The translations under genes and the position numbers were made by a program. A stretch of 60,360 bases of DNA, the filler included, from Platydemus manokwari (Eukaryota), in the NCBI GenBank assembly GCA_037951405.1. It is 5 parts of 5 records of this genome, joined end to end, with 100 filler letters (N's around TTAATTAATTAA, not from the genome) between each part and the next. Parts side by side here need not be neighbours in the genome. Positions count along the whole stretch, not along the records: positions 22,012 to 34,216 come from JBBMOY010252226.1; positions 34,317 to 47,572 come from JBBMOY011778062.1; 3 more parts are not named here. One strand, 5' to 3'. Under the pieces are notes generated by a model. It searched no databases and had not been told where the DNA came from. It saw nothing but the letters and a program-made list of their open reading frames with translations. Shown one piece after another: positions 25,104 through 37,479 of the stretch. Numbering within the stretch: position 1 is the first letter of the stretch; each line of letters begins with the position of its first letter.

Positions 25104-27264
25104 ATTTAGAGTTTAATGTAAACTTTAAATGATGTGAAACAAAGGCGATCAACTCACTGAGGTTGAAGTAAAAGTTCTTGATGAACAGTGACGAATAGTG
25201 ATTTATCCACTATTGTCGAATTGTTGGTGCTAGCATGAATAAAGAATAATTCTTTATTTACAACAATTACAATGTTAATTAAATCATCCTATTTCTGATT
25301 ATGTAAACACATCTTAGGAGGTTAATTAGTTTGCAGTAACTGACGATCGCACAATCACCAATCAAGAAGCAATAAAAAAATCACACACATACATCATACA
25401 TAGCACATTCACATGTCCATTTATGAATTTCCATTAGAATTGGCATAATGCGAATTTTATGACAGAGACTGAATTTTGATGATTTCTGAAGAGGCTGAGA
25501 ATTACATTAAAATTTTTAAAAGAAGAAGCGATGTCTCTAAGGCTTCTGAACAATCGGCGGAAAATCGACGTGGCGCTCAACTCCGAGTAAAAGCTGTAGA
25601 AGATAATTGATTTTAATTATATACAAACTCTTACGAGTTGGTAGGATTATGATAAATATTTTCCAACTAATCTCCTGCCGGAGATTGATGAAGATTAAAT
25701 ATTTACCATTTTTCGTATTAATCCTGACGAGTAATGAATAGAACAAAATCTACAATGAATGTTAAAAGAATAAACTGGCGTGAATATATACTCTACAGGA
25801 TTTCGATTTCGTGAATGATTGAGCATGAAATTCTTGTGCGTGTGTTTACTGACTGCTGTCAGTTTATGTACTGTTTCTCATGAGTGAATGACTCAGCACA
25901 ATTAATCATCGTTATTTCTAGATTTTAATTTAAGTCTCTATGACTTTATTTCCCATGACAACGAGAATTATTCGAGTAAATTAGTCATTGCTGATTCATG
26001 AAAGAGAAAAGTTTTAGATTTTTGGTTTCACGTATAACTTACTTATATGTATTACGTAATTCAAATAAATTTATTATTTATGTATCTATTGGTGTTATTA
26101 TGATTATTATATGTTACTATGGATATATTTGTTTAAATTTGTTTAAATTGTTTGATATTTATTAGTAAATTAAGGATGCCTGAGACATAGAAGTGATCTA
26201 GGTAGCTAAGTGAAGGCCTATTTTATCACAAATATTAATATCGGTAGTTCTGTTACAATAATTTAATCCTTGGCATTTTCTTCGTCGGAAAAACATTTCT
26301 TAAGCTCAGAATATACAATTGATATTTTTCGAATTATTCACCTGTTCTACTTTTCTTATCAGTAGAAACTTTATTTCTATTCTGTTAAGATAACTAAAAT
26401 TATACTTCCTCGTCATCATCTTTTATAGGTCATGAACATCCTAGAATATTTTCACTCCATTTATTGGGCATTTATGTTTATTAGTTCTGATACTGTCCTA
26501 TGATATTTATGAGCATATTTTATGAATTAACTCTTTTTGTTTGCATATTTTATATTTTTGCTTTAATGATGTTTTCTTTGAGTAGTTGGTGAGTTATATT
26601 TTTTTGAGGCAGAGTTTTAAAGATTATTTTTCAATAAAAACTCAACTAATTAATCAATGATATATCCTCTTTTGTTGTTTACAACTTCTTTTTCGCACTT
26701 TGAGTATGATTGAAAAGTTATTTAAAAGAACAATATATCTGTAATTTAAAGTAATTGCAACGCCATTGAGGGCATTTTTGATAATTGTATTAAAATTGTT
26801 CGTGGCATGATTGGTAGCGTTTCTTACATCTCGATGCCAATTGGTTTGTACTTCATAATGACTCTAAAGTTAATTCTTTGAATTTATTAGACATTGCGTC
26901 ACTTTGCAATTCCCTTCACGACACATCGATCATTTACTCATGTAGTAATTATTTAGTATTTAAATTACTTGATTCAGTACTTGCCTAGTCGCGAAGCACA
27001 TGTTTCCTACTTAAGTATACATAACATTTGTTATGACGAACCTTCTAAACCTTATGTTAAAATTGCAACCCGAGATGACTTTACTATTCTAACGTACTCC
27101 TCAGTTAATTAAACAAGGATTTTACTTTTCGATGAATTAAAAGAATCTTTTTTAAACAAAATATTGGACCACAAAATTTCCGGCAAGAAAAATAGCTTTA
27201 ATGAAAATATGTTAATTTTCTTTCCATTTTAATAAATAGACAAGCTCTTTGATGCTGGTAATGT

Positions 27265-27560
27265 AAGTCGTTACTGTTTCATAAAGAACACATTGAAAAC
27301 CAATCGAAAAGTTGCGTGACATAGAGTGTATAAAAATCTTTTTAGTTTCTTTTTTTTAGAATATTTGATTTTCAATTAATTCTTACCTGTTATGTATCTT
27401 TATATATCTTCACATTTTCTCTCCCCGAAACACTTTCATGTCATAGTACTTCTCAGATTAAAATTCAAATACGTGACCTCCATATAAGTAAAAAAGAAAC
27501 GAATTGAAAAGTTACGCTACATTAAAATACATTTAATTAAATTATTTAAACAAATTGATA
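27265..27560 (+). repeat. Two diverged units of an unclassified repeat family (motif ATAAAG...GAAAAC...GAAAAGTTACG)
   Basis: ataaagaacacattgaaaaccaatcgaaaagttgcg at ~27280 and aaacgaattgaaaagttacg at ~27497, with the same pyrimidine-rich spacer as the 29.4-30.2 kb array. Confidence 0.6.
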
Positions 27561-28349
27561 TTGCGAGTCTGTATAAATTAATAAGTCGACTTTAGAAACT
27601 AACTGGAAAGTCAAGACACAAAATTTTATTGAACTTCAAATTTTTAAACAAATACAGTCCGATTATAACATCTTTTAAATTCATTTTTTAAAAATCATTG
27701 GCATGAGTTTTCTAATCCTCATAAATATTTATAATATTAGTTCTGGATATAAATATTTTTTAATCCACTTTAATATCCGCTACTCCCATTTTTAGTTCAG
27801 ATAAATTCATATAAATTTCCATTACCCAGCCGCACTTTCCATATAATTCCCTTAGTTGTCTTTGAGATAATGATAGGCCAAATAGAATTACAACAAATTA
27901 AATTTCTCATTTTATGTTTGAGATCATTGAATAAATATTTAAAATGAAATTGTATCCTTAAAAACACGATGAAAACATCTTTTAAACATACACAATTTTT
28001 CCTCTAAGATTAAAAGATTTTAAAATCTCAAAAGCGAAAATTATCTTGTAAACATCTGAAATTGAACTGGATAACAAAAATGTATTTTTATCTTTTATAG
28101 CAATGTGTTCATGGTAGATTTGTAAAAACCGGTTAATTACGTTTATAAATTTTTGTCAATGAAACTCGATTTAGATTTGATATTCTGTTTTACATGAAAC
28201 AATAACATTGTAAAATCGATATCAGTGACCCCGTGATATAGCAATATTTATATAATATCTCATCATGTTTTCTATGTCCAATGAACTTTAACCGTCGATA
28301 AAATCATTATCAATTTATTGCATAATTATCAGTCTCACAAATTCTAATA

Positions 28350-29003
28350 ATGTATTCCATTGAGGTTCTCACAACCACAGCAGATTTAAATGATGCTAAA
28401 CGTTTGCAATATTCTAATTTCCATATTTCAGAGAGAAGATTTATGATACATAATATGAAGAGTAAAACATTTTATTTTTTGGCAATGTTTATCGGTGTTA
28501 TATTATATAATTCTATTTATATTCATTTCATTGTATCGATTATTCTTGGATATTTTGTAATGATGATTTATGTATTGATTTTTACTCATTATCTTTGGAA
28601 ATATTATAAATCAACGGAAATGGATTATAAGATATTCACGGAATTTTGGAGACAACCGAACAATTGTATGTTGGGATTATATTTCTCAAATGAAAAACGT
28701 AGACAACTTATTGGCATCGTTGGCATCTATTCTATTGATTATCCTCGATTGTGTGAGTTGAAAAGAATGTGGATCAATCCCGATCATCGTCAACATGGTT
28801 TGGGGAAAATGATGTTGTCGGCAGCTCTGACTGAAGCTCGAAAGTTAAACTACGAAAAGTTACAACTATCGACAGGGTTTGTCATGACGGAAGCTATTGA
28901 TTTTTATAGAAGAAATAATTTTAATTTTCTTCGAATAGAAAAGGGTTACAGGACATTACCATTCAATCCTTTCAACAATTATTATTTTGGCATAACTTTG
29001 TGA
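28350..29003 (+). CDS. GNAT N-acetyltransferase, NAT8/camello-like with internal membrane segment (paralog B)
   Basis: Single-exon 217-aa ORF; CELKRMWI, HRQHGLG, EAIDFYRRNNF; aligns without gaps to paralog A. Confidence 0.9.
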   Translation: MYSIEVLTTTADLNDAKRLQYSNFHISERRFMIHNMKSKTFYFLAMFIGVILYNSIYIHFIVSIILGYFVMMIYVLIFTHYLWKYYKSTEMDYKIFTEFWRQPNNCMLGLYFSNEKRRQLIGIVGIYSIDYPRLCELKRMWINPDHRQHGLGKMMLSAALTEARKLNYEKLQLSTGFVMTEAIDFYRRNNFNFLRIEKGYRTLPFNPFNNYYFGITL

Positions 29004-29379
29004 AAGGGATTGAATGGAGAACAATCGATAATATGTACATTTGTAAATTTAATTTTGGGATATTTTACTGATAAAGTTAATTGTTATTAGCCAATGGAAA
29101 TTTCACTTATTAGACACATGGTTTCAATTTGTATTAGCTGCCATAGACCGCAGTGATAGAGGTAACCATATCATTCAAATTATTCATAAAATATCTCCTT
29201 TATACTTTTTATATAAATAGATATTTAAAAATCTGTGTGCCCATCTTGATTGGAGTTATTTTTATAAATGGATATATTTAAAGTTTTAATTATTTTTCGA
29301 ATTTTTTCAATTTTATTTTTAAAATCAATAAATTACAAATTAAATGGAGCATTTATTTTCTTTATTATGAATGTAGTTT

Positions 29380-30180
29380 CCGTTAGCCCCTACAATTGTA
29401 TAAAGCAAGTACTGAAAACGAACTAAAAAGTTACGACATCAAATCATTCGTACTACATATCTGTCTACATAAAAATCTACAATTCTTCTAAATTCTCTGT
29501 CTTATTTATATATTCTCTACATATTTTTTTGTATCTTCCTCCTTCTCTTCCATAATCTTAAGTCATTGATTTCTCATAATGTGAGCCGCTCCTGGTTTAT
29601 AAAGCAAGCATTGAAAACGAACTGAAAAGTCACGACACCAAGTTATGTATTTAAAAAATATAAATATATAAACAAATTAATATAATTTTATATAATAATT
29701 TGAATTTAATTTTTATAAATTTAATTCATTTGAAACTTCTCCTAGTCTCCTTTCTATAAAACCTTGATTTTCTTTGAATTCGTGATTGATTTTGTATCGA
29801 ATATTATACGTATTTATCTACATGAATATATCCAATTCTTTTATCTTTTTAATATCTTCTTTATATCTCATTTATAACTTCTCCACATCTTCCTTATATC
29901 TTCCTCATATCTTCTTTATATGTTATCTATATATATATTCTCTATATCTGTCTCCTTTTCTTCCATATTTTCAGTCATTAATCTTCTCAGTATTGGATCC
30001 AGATGTGTGGCGGCTATCTTAGCCGCTGTTATTTTATAAAGCACGTATCGAAAACGACCTGAAAAGGCACAGCACCAATTTATATTTTAAATACAATAAT
30101 ATAAACAAATCAATATAATTTTTTATAAAACCTGAACTAAATCTCTAAAATTTTAATTCATTTAAAAATTCTCATAAGGA
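29380..30180 (+). repeat. Three tandem diverged units of the same unclassified repeat family
   Basis: TATAAAGCA.G.A..GAAAACGA.CT.AAAAG..AC..CA at ~29399, ~29598 and ~30035. Further single copies at ~14972 (+) and ~41253-41295 (-). Confidence 0.75.
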
Positions 30181-30939
30181 TAATGTTAGGGGAAAATCAA
30201 TATACCAAGAATGTAATTAATGAACTAAATTTTTAAACAGATCAACCACTTTCATCAAATTAAAGCCATATTTTCCATTGTTTTTATCATTATTTATCGT
30301 CAATTATTTTTTACTGCATGCTCCTCCATTACTGAATTATTTATCACGAAGCTGATTAGGAAATTTTTTCATTCAATTTGAAAGTTCATAGATTTTGTTA
30401 TTTTTAAAATTTTACATAAGCTTATTTGATAATCTCATTGTTTGTGACTTTCTTACATAAAGTAGCGATAGACTATGTCAGAACAATCGATTATTCTACG
30501 AGCTGCATTACAATTATGAATATATCAAATTATATCTAAATAAGAACTTTCCCATCACTTTTAAATTATCATTACTTTTCCCACATATTCAATTTCAATC
30601 ATTATGATTGAATTAAGGATTGGTTTTTACAATATTGATTATTGGATAGAATAGTTTAATGAAATATTTTTATGATTTATTGATTTATTAATACTTCTAC
30701 AATAAATTGTAAAAAGCCTGATTTCAGTATTCAGAATTCCTCTTCCTAACCGCAACTACTCGTAACCGCCAAATTTTTAGAAAATTTAAAAATTATAATA
30801 GAAAACCCCTCCCAACTGCAAGTTCTGTTAAGCGCCACATTTCTTAAAATAACATTTTAATGATTTATTTTTATTTTTGAAATGATAACATTGTTTTAAT
30901 AATAATTGTTTATAAAACTTTTGTTATTGGACCTTATTT

Positions 30940-31800
30940 ATGGCAAAACGAAAGTGTCTAAAGTTAACTGTTGTAGAAAAAATTGAAATTTTGAAATACA
31001 TTGAATCTTATGCTGTATGTTCAGATAACAGAGTAACAGGGGCTTTCTAAGAAAATTTAAAAAAGAACTTTCAAGATGAACTATCAATTATATCAGAAGA
31101 AACAATGAATTTGTGATTCAAAATGCTGATCTTTTGCACAAAAGTTTAGATAAAGAATTATCCGCATGGGTTGATAGACTTGAAGAAAAACATGCTATCG
31201 TTGCGGATTATATAATAAAAGAAATAAAAAATGAAATGCTTGAAATTTATTGATGTGGTATTTTTCCTCCCAATTCAACCAGCTTACCACAGCCACTTGA
31301 CCAAGGCATTATTAAATGTTTTAAAACAAGTTTTACTAGCTAGAAATTAAATGATATAATTGAAAAAATGGAATGCGGAGAATCTACATTTGAAGTTTCT
31401 AAAAAATTAACTCTAAAGGAAAAAATTATTTTTTCAACACTTGCTTGGAATAAAATAACAATTTTGAAATGTTTTAGTCAAGCTAAATTGACCAATAAGG
31501 AAAGTGGTGAATTTAGTAAAGAATTTGTTAATAGATGTGATGAATTTGTGTTTAAAGCACGGATACTTGATCCTCTGAGGAATATGAATTTATGAATACA
31601 CGTTGTATTGAAGATGTTGTAATTTTAGAAGAAGAATATGAATTTAAAAGTAAAAATCTGAAAGAAAACACTGGAGTTTAAGAAGCCTTTACAAATAATG
31701 AAAAATTGGATGATGATAAAAAAGAATCATCAAATAATGACGTTCATAACGTTGTAAGTGTTTTTAGAAAGGGTTGCTGTTCTGCTGTTCAATCAATAAA
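30940..31800 (+). mobile_element. Degraded pogo/Tigger-type transposase (CENP-B HTH and DDE_1)
   Basis: MAKRKCLKLTVVEKIEIL..., LDKELSAWV, and VVFFPPNSTSLPQPLDQGIIKCFK; internal deletion and stops. Confidence 0.85.
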
Positions 31801-32344
31801 AAATATTTTGACGGGTTAAGTCTTAGAAGCCTTGAAGAAGTATTTGCACACTGGGCAATTGGATGTTTAAAAAATTAAAATTTCATTTCATTGTTCTTCT
31901 TTATTATTTTTTCAACGACAAATTCCTCTTTAAATGTATCTATAAATGGCTATTATTTTGCAAAGAACACGTGGAAAACAACTGGATGTGAAGACACATA
32001 ATTTTGTATATAAATATCAATATTTACGCAATTTATATCTTTTGATATTGTTTAATAAAATCTTTTACATTTAAATTTTAAAATCCTCACAGTACCGATG
32101 GACTTCTCAATCCCTATTTCATTCCAGTTTCCGCCATACGCAGGCAAAATAACAAAATAAAACAAGCAACGACATTTAATATTATGAATTATTTTTTAAA
32201 ATTGCATCTCATTTCAAAATTCGGTTTTCTTTATTTGTATTTATAAAACCATTTCAAGGAATATATTTAGATTATTTTATATTTTTTTAATAAAGAAATG
32301 TTACTGTTATTAATCTCTCAGTGTTGTCAATATAAATATTGTAG

Positions 32345-32820
32345 TGTTGAGTGAGATGAAAGTCTGCAAAAGAAAAACAGGTTTGCCCCTTGGAACTCTT
32401 GTTTAATCACTTTAAACAATTCCATGCCTTCTCATCCATATCGCCATAGCAACAAACCATTCACAGTGAAATTAGATGGTAAACGAGGGGGGCCATAGCC
32501 TCACAACAACACACGCATAGGGATTGATTAATCCAACTAATGGAAAACTCTAAAACCCAATAGGAACATAAAAAAGCAAAGATCGAATCAAAATATGATA
32601 CAACATGACGCAAAAATTACACACAGATAGCTAATGTAAAAATCGATGTAAAGATAACCAACTGTCAGTTGGAAGCCAATTTTTTGTTGATATTTCGTAA
32701 GGCGTGTCGAGTCTTGTTTGATGCAAATTGTACTGAATAGTACGCGATCGAAATATAATATCAGCCTTCTATTTCGGAGTCAGATTAATTGATTTCTTAA
32801 AATTTCCAGCAGTAGAAACA
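32345..32820 (+). mobile_element. Solo LTR of the Gypsy family (copy 2); 3' end approximate
   Basis: Starts TGTTGAGTGAGATGAAA and is colinear with 12506-13004 (ccttggaac, gggattga, aaaacccaata, acacagat, gtaaagat, ttggaagcca). Confidence 0.8.
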
Positions 32821-33269
32821 GCACAAATTAATAGACGATTTAACCCCGTTATCAGAAGATCGATTTTCTTTCATTGAATTATAGGATCTTCATCATTGTT
32901 GTATTCAATAGCTTGAAATTTTAGAAAACATTAACGTAAGATCAAAATATTAAATATATCTTTAAAATTTATATCGTATAACTTGATTAATATGTCCTTA
33001 ACAGTTCCAAGTAAATTAAAGATGCTTACAGAGAATCGATTATACGGACCTCAGTGAACGTATTTTTATTTAAAGTTTCGTTTTCAATAAAAATCATTAT
33101 ATTATTAATCAATAATATGTCCTCCTTTTTTGTTTACTACTGTTTTCCTTGGGTTAAACAAGATTTTCTATACCTTGTTGATAGAGATAACCATGTTTCA
33201 ACTGGAAAAATGATTCAACCAAGTTCACATTTCTGCATCAGTATTGAATGAATGGAAAGATGCTGGAAA

Positions 33270-33560
33270 AAGATGTGTCAAATCTTGTTTCACCAACTGT
33301 GTTACTTGTTCACTGGGGCTAAGTCATTCTTTCTTCTTCTACAAGTTGATAAACAAGCACCATTTTTGTCAATATAACTATCGTTATTTATGAAGTTGAG
33401 TTGAATGAGTTGATCGGTGAAGAGGTAGCGAATCAACCAAGATTGTGGCTTGTTTATTTCTGTTATTGTTACTTAAAGCTCGCGGAATCCATTCACCAAA
33501 TTGCTGAACTTTTCCCATCGAATGAAGATGTTTTTCTAAATCGGTATGGAAGCAAAATAT
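33270..33560 (-). mobile_element. Mariner transposase fragment
   Basis: Minus-strand peptide EKHLHSMGKVQQFGEWIPRALSNNN...KWCLFIN...LSPSEQVTQLVKQDL, containing the WVPH(E)L-equivalent and DEKW-region motifs. Confidence 0.85.
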
Positions 33561-34216
33561 ATTTTATAAACCAGTTATCTCGCCTTTCGTTTAATAATCA
33601 TAATTTGTGAACATCCTAATGACTATGAATGCAATCAAACAAATAATGATTACGAAATGGTGGTATTTGATATAAAAATATTAATTCAAACAGAAGATAA
33701 TCTTGAAAAACATATTCATTTCATCACTTATATGATTGATTAGGTGAGTTCTCAACCATTGATGTAATGTGTTGGTAACATTACCATATTCGATAGATAT
33801 ACAAATATGAAAAATTGAGGATAAAATGAAACTTAAAATAAAAATTCAAACATTGAATTACCGCAATTATCTCATAATTATAACAAATGACAGAAATATC
33901 ACTATCAATATTATTGAGAGAATTTGTTTCATTCCATATGTTTTCTGAACTAATTTTCCTATTTTGTAAGTGGCTGTTTTCAAATGTCTGTTTAAAATTG
34001 TAAAGGTTAAGTTTTAGTTCAGGTATAGATTAGGTTGTGTATTAGTTTTAACTTTGTATTGATAATGTATTAGTTTGTTTCGTTTAATATTTAGTTTAAT
34101 TTAATTATTTTAAATTGGTTGATTTTCACTAAAAGATAGTTTAAGAGAGTATTTTAAAATTTATTGCATCTTTTTAAATTTCAAATTACTATTAAGCGTT
34201 TTACTTGAATGATGAT

Positions 34217-34316
34217 NNNNNNNNNNNNNNNNNNNNNNNNNNNNNNNNNNNNNNNNNNNNTTAATTAATTAANNNNNNNNNNNNNNNNNNNNNNNNNNNN
34301 NNNNNNNNNNNNNNNN
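34217..34316. other. Assembly gap with artificial linker
   Basis: Ns, TTAATTAATTAA, Ns. Confidence 0.97.
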
Positions 34317-34463
34317 TATCATTGTCAAGAATTCTGAGTTTATTATATTGTCTTATAAATCGCATAGTTAATACACAGCACCTTTGGAGTCAGATGTTAC
34401 AAATATTATTATAGAAGTTGAACACGCAGAAGTTGGGATAAAATTTACTAGTGAAGTAATTAA

Positions 34464-34543
34464 GATTAAATTTATTGATAACCGATTAAATTTATTGATA
34501 ACCGATTAAATTTATTGATAACCGATTAAATTTATTGATAACC
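34464..34543. repeat. Perfect 20-bp minisatellite, 4 copies
   Basis: (GATTAAATTTATTGATAACC)x4. Confidence 0.95.
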
Positions 34544-36149
34544 TTTAATCACTGCAAGCCTTATTCAAACAAACCTCACTCAAACTTATAAGCCCCAACA
34601 ACTCCAACAATCAATATTTACGCCCAAAAGAACATAATGACAATGTAAAAGAGCTAATCACGTGTGAAAATAACAAAATTTCTAAAAATAGAATTACGTA
34701 AATTACATAAATAGATCAATAATCAAGAATAAAATTTTATAATTACACAATAAGATTAATAAATAAAATTAAAAATAGAAATACGTAGATACCAAAATAA
34801 AAATGATGTGATTGTCCGAGAAAAGCAACAAAATTAATATATAAGGGAAAACAATATTCTAGACAAATTGCCAATAAAATAACTAGCAAAACTTCTAGTG
34901 AAAAAAAACCCAAACAACAGACTTAACTGCTCAGAAGCCACTACTCTAGACAATAACTCCACTATATTCAAGCTATCAACAAGTATAGTTTCGTTTTTAC
35001 TTCTCAATTATTATACCTCAAGCGAAACCAAACAGCTATTTGGAATGGGATCGAGAAGTAAGCGCAACATCTACTACAACCATACTTAATCACTGAAATT
35101 AACACATTCTTGGAAATAACAAAAGGTATTTTATGAATACGTTAAAATTAAATTATTTTTTAATGTATTTTGTCAATCACACTTAATAAAAATAATCTGA
35201 AAGAAATATTATTAAACACAAAATGAAATGATATCTTGTACAATAATGAACACGAATGTATTTTTAAAAAAAGGCGTGATAAAATTATAAAAATACTTTA
35301 TTTTTATTCAGCACACATAATCTACAATGAGTTTTGAGATAGATAACAATTTATATTATTCTTAAAACCTCACAGGCACACTATGATCTATTGTCTTCTT
35401 TATAATGTCTAGTTAGGATCGAATTCAATAATAAATAAATATATATACGAATTTAAAAGACAATTTATATTAATGTAATTTAATGTTGAATAATTCCAGT
35501 ATGACACCCTGCATATATTGGTGAAATAAACAGTTGATAAACTAAATTCAATTCGTTAAAATAATATCTTCAAATCAATAATTTGTTTATATGCAGTTTC
35601 AAAATTGTGATTGGATTTGTCAGATCATTTTCATTTCTTAAGATTTCTAATTTATGACGTCATAATATTCGTGATTATTTTTAATACTGTTCTTGCAATT
35701 ATTACACTAACATAGAAAAAGTTTACAACATTAGAGCTACAGATGGAGATATTGATAGTGTGGTTAATATAAAACTAAATTAAAATAACTATTTCAATAA
35801 GCAACGCAAAACAGTCTAAATAAGTCGACATACAATTAACTTAGTTCACTTAAGACTACGTATAAATGAATGATATTCATGAATCAATCAAAAGAAGTGA
35901 AAAATTAATAAACTTGAAGATGATTTATAATTTATAGACATTAAAATTAACAGGATCTTAATCCAAAAATAAACCGCCTACGGCCTCGAAATATTATTAT
36001 GTATCTAATTACATCTTGGTTTTCATTAAATTAATAAAATTAAAAGATACCTAATCCCATGGTTAGAAGACAAAGGTGGATAGACCGACAAAGCTGACTC
36101 AAACAACCAAGGATATGATTTAGGAGGAATATGGATGAGAAATTTATGT

Positions 36150-36540
36150 TATCAATTGCCGACTGTGAAAGGATATTTAATTTAATGAATTCCATTTAAA
36201 CTAAGAAAAGATACAACTGGACATGATTGTAAAAATTAACAGCTATATTCAAAATCTAAAAAAACGAATACATTGTTTTTTGTCTTATTACAGTGCACAA
36301 TTTCAGATTGTTATATTTCTTAAAGCAAGGTAAAGGACAATTCGACTGTTGCTCATCGATGATATATACTAAATTTCTATATATTCATGTTTATTGTTCT
36401 TTTATACAAATCAAATAATTATCAATGATAATATTAATAATAAATTAATTCATTTTCAACGTCAATGTGCAAAATAAGAAATTATATCAAGTATTCCACT
36501 GAAGTTAATTTTAGTCATTACTAGTTTTTGCTTTAATTTT
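36150..36540 (+). mobile_element. hAT transposase dimerization-domain fragment, copy 1
   Basis: SIADCERIFNLMNS...KTKKRY (S..CER.FS motif); downstream DNA nearly identical to 47420-47572 apart from an extra ~200-bp block. Confidence 0.7.
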
Positions 36541-37479
36541 AAATTATAGTTTTCATTACAAAAGTTACTTTATTATAATGGAATTTCATTCAAAATTGTA
36601 AAGAAAATCAAAACATTAGAATAATTCACAAATATATTAGAATTCATAAATGTTTCAAAGATTACCACGTTATTAAGTACAAACTAAATAACAAACTATT
36701 CTTTGTATTAATTTATGCATCATTCGATCATACTAAAAAAATTTAGTATGAAGATACCAATGCAAAAACACCCTATTTCAGAAACTGTAAAATATCAAGA
36801 ATTTTTAAATTTTATTTACTTAATATAACTATATATTTAAACAAATTAATTTTATTTTTCATTTTTAAATACAATTATTAATAATACAATTATTATTAAT
36901 ACAACAATTACAAAAACACGAATAAAAATTTATTGAAATAATTTATAAAATAATGTATAATCATAATAGATATCGAAGCAGTGAATAAAATACTACCAAA
37001 AATTCGTGTGTCCACATTAAAAACAAAAAAATCTAGTAATATAATTTTCAATCGTTGAATATTAATTGTGTAAAATTTCTGGCTACAACGCAAAAAATTA
37101 TTTAAATTATAATGACTTAACAAAAATTGAAATTAATAACAATTTATTAAATATTATAAGTAAAATTAAAGATGATATCATTAAAATTGTTACAATTCTT
37201 ATCAAAAAGAATGCTAATACTTCGGGTCAAAACAAAATCAAGTACGAAAACAAGACATATGCTGATACAAATTCTCAATTGTATTATCGGAAAATGTATT
37301 GTTGATGATAAGATGTATGGCTCGTGGAAATCTTATTATATATTATTGATACTCAAGTTTGAAAAAGCGATATTACCAGCAGGTTATCTCCTGAAGACCG
37401 GTGACAATTCCTGATTGGACTTACTTGATGTACAGAAATATTAAGATTTATTAAATATAAACATAACGGGGTTACACAA

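Noticed and set aside
34464-34543. CRISPR-like array
   Set aside because: Head-to-tail repeats with no spacers, in a eukaryotic context; a simple minisatellite.
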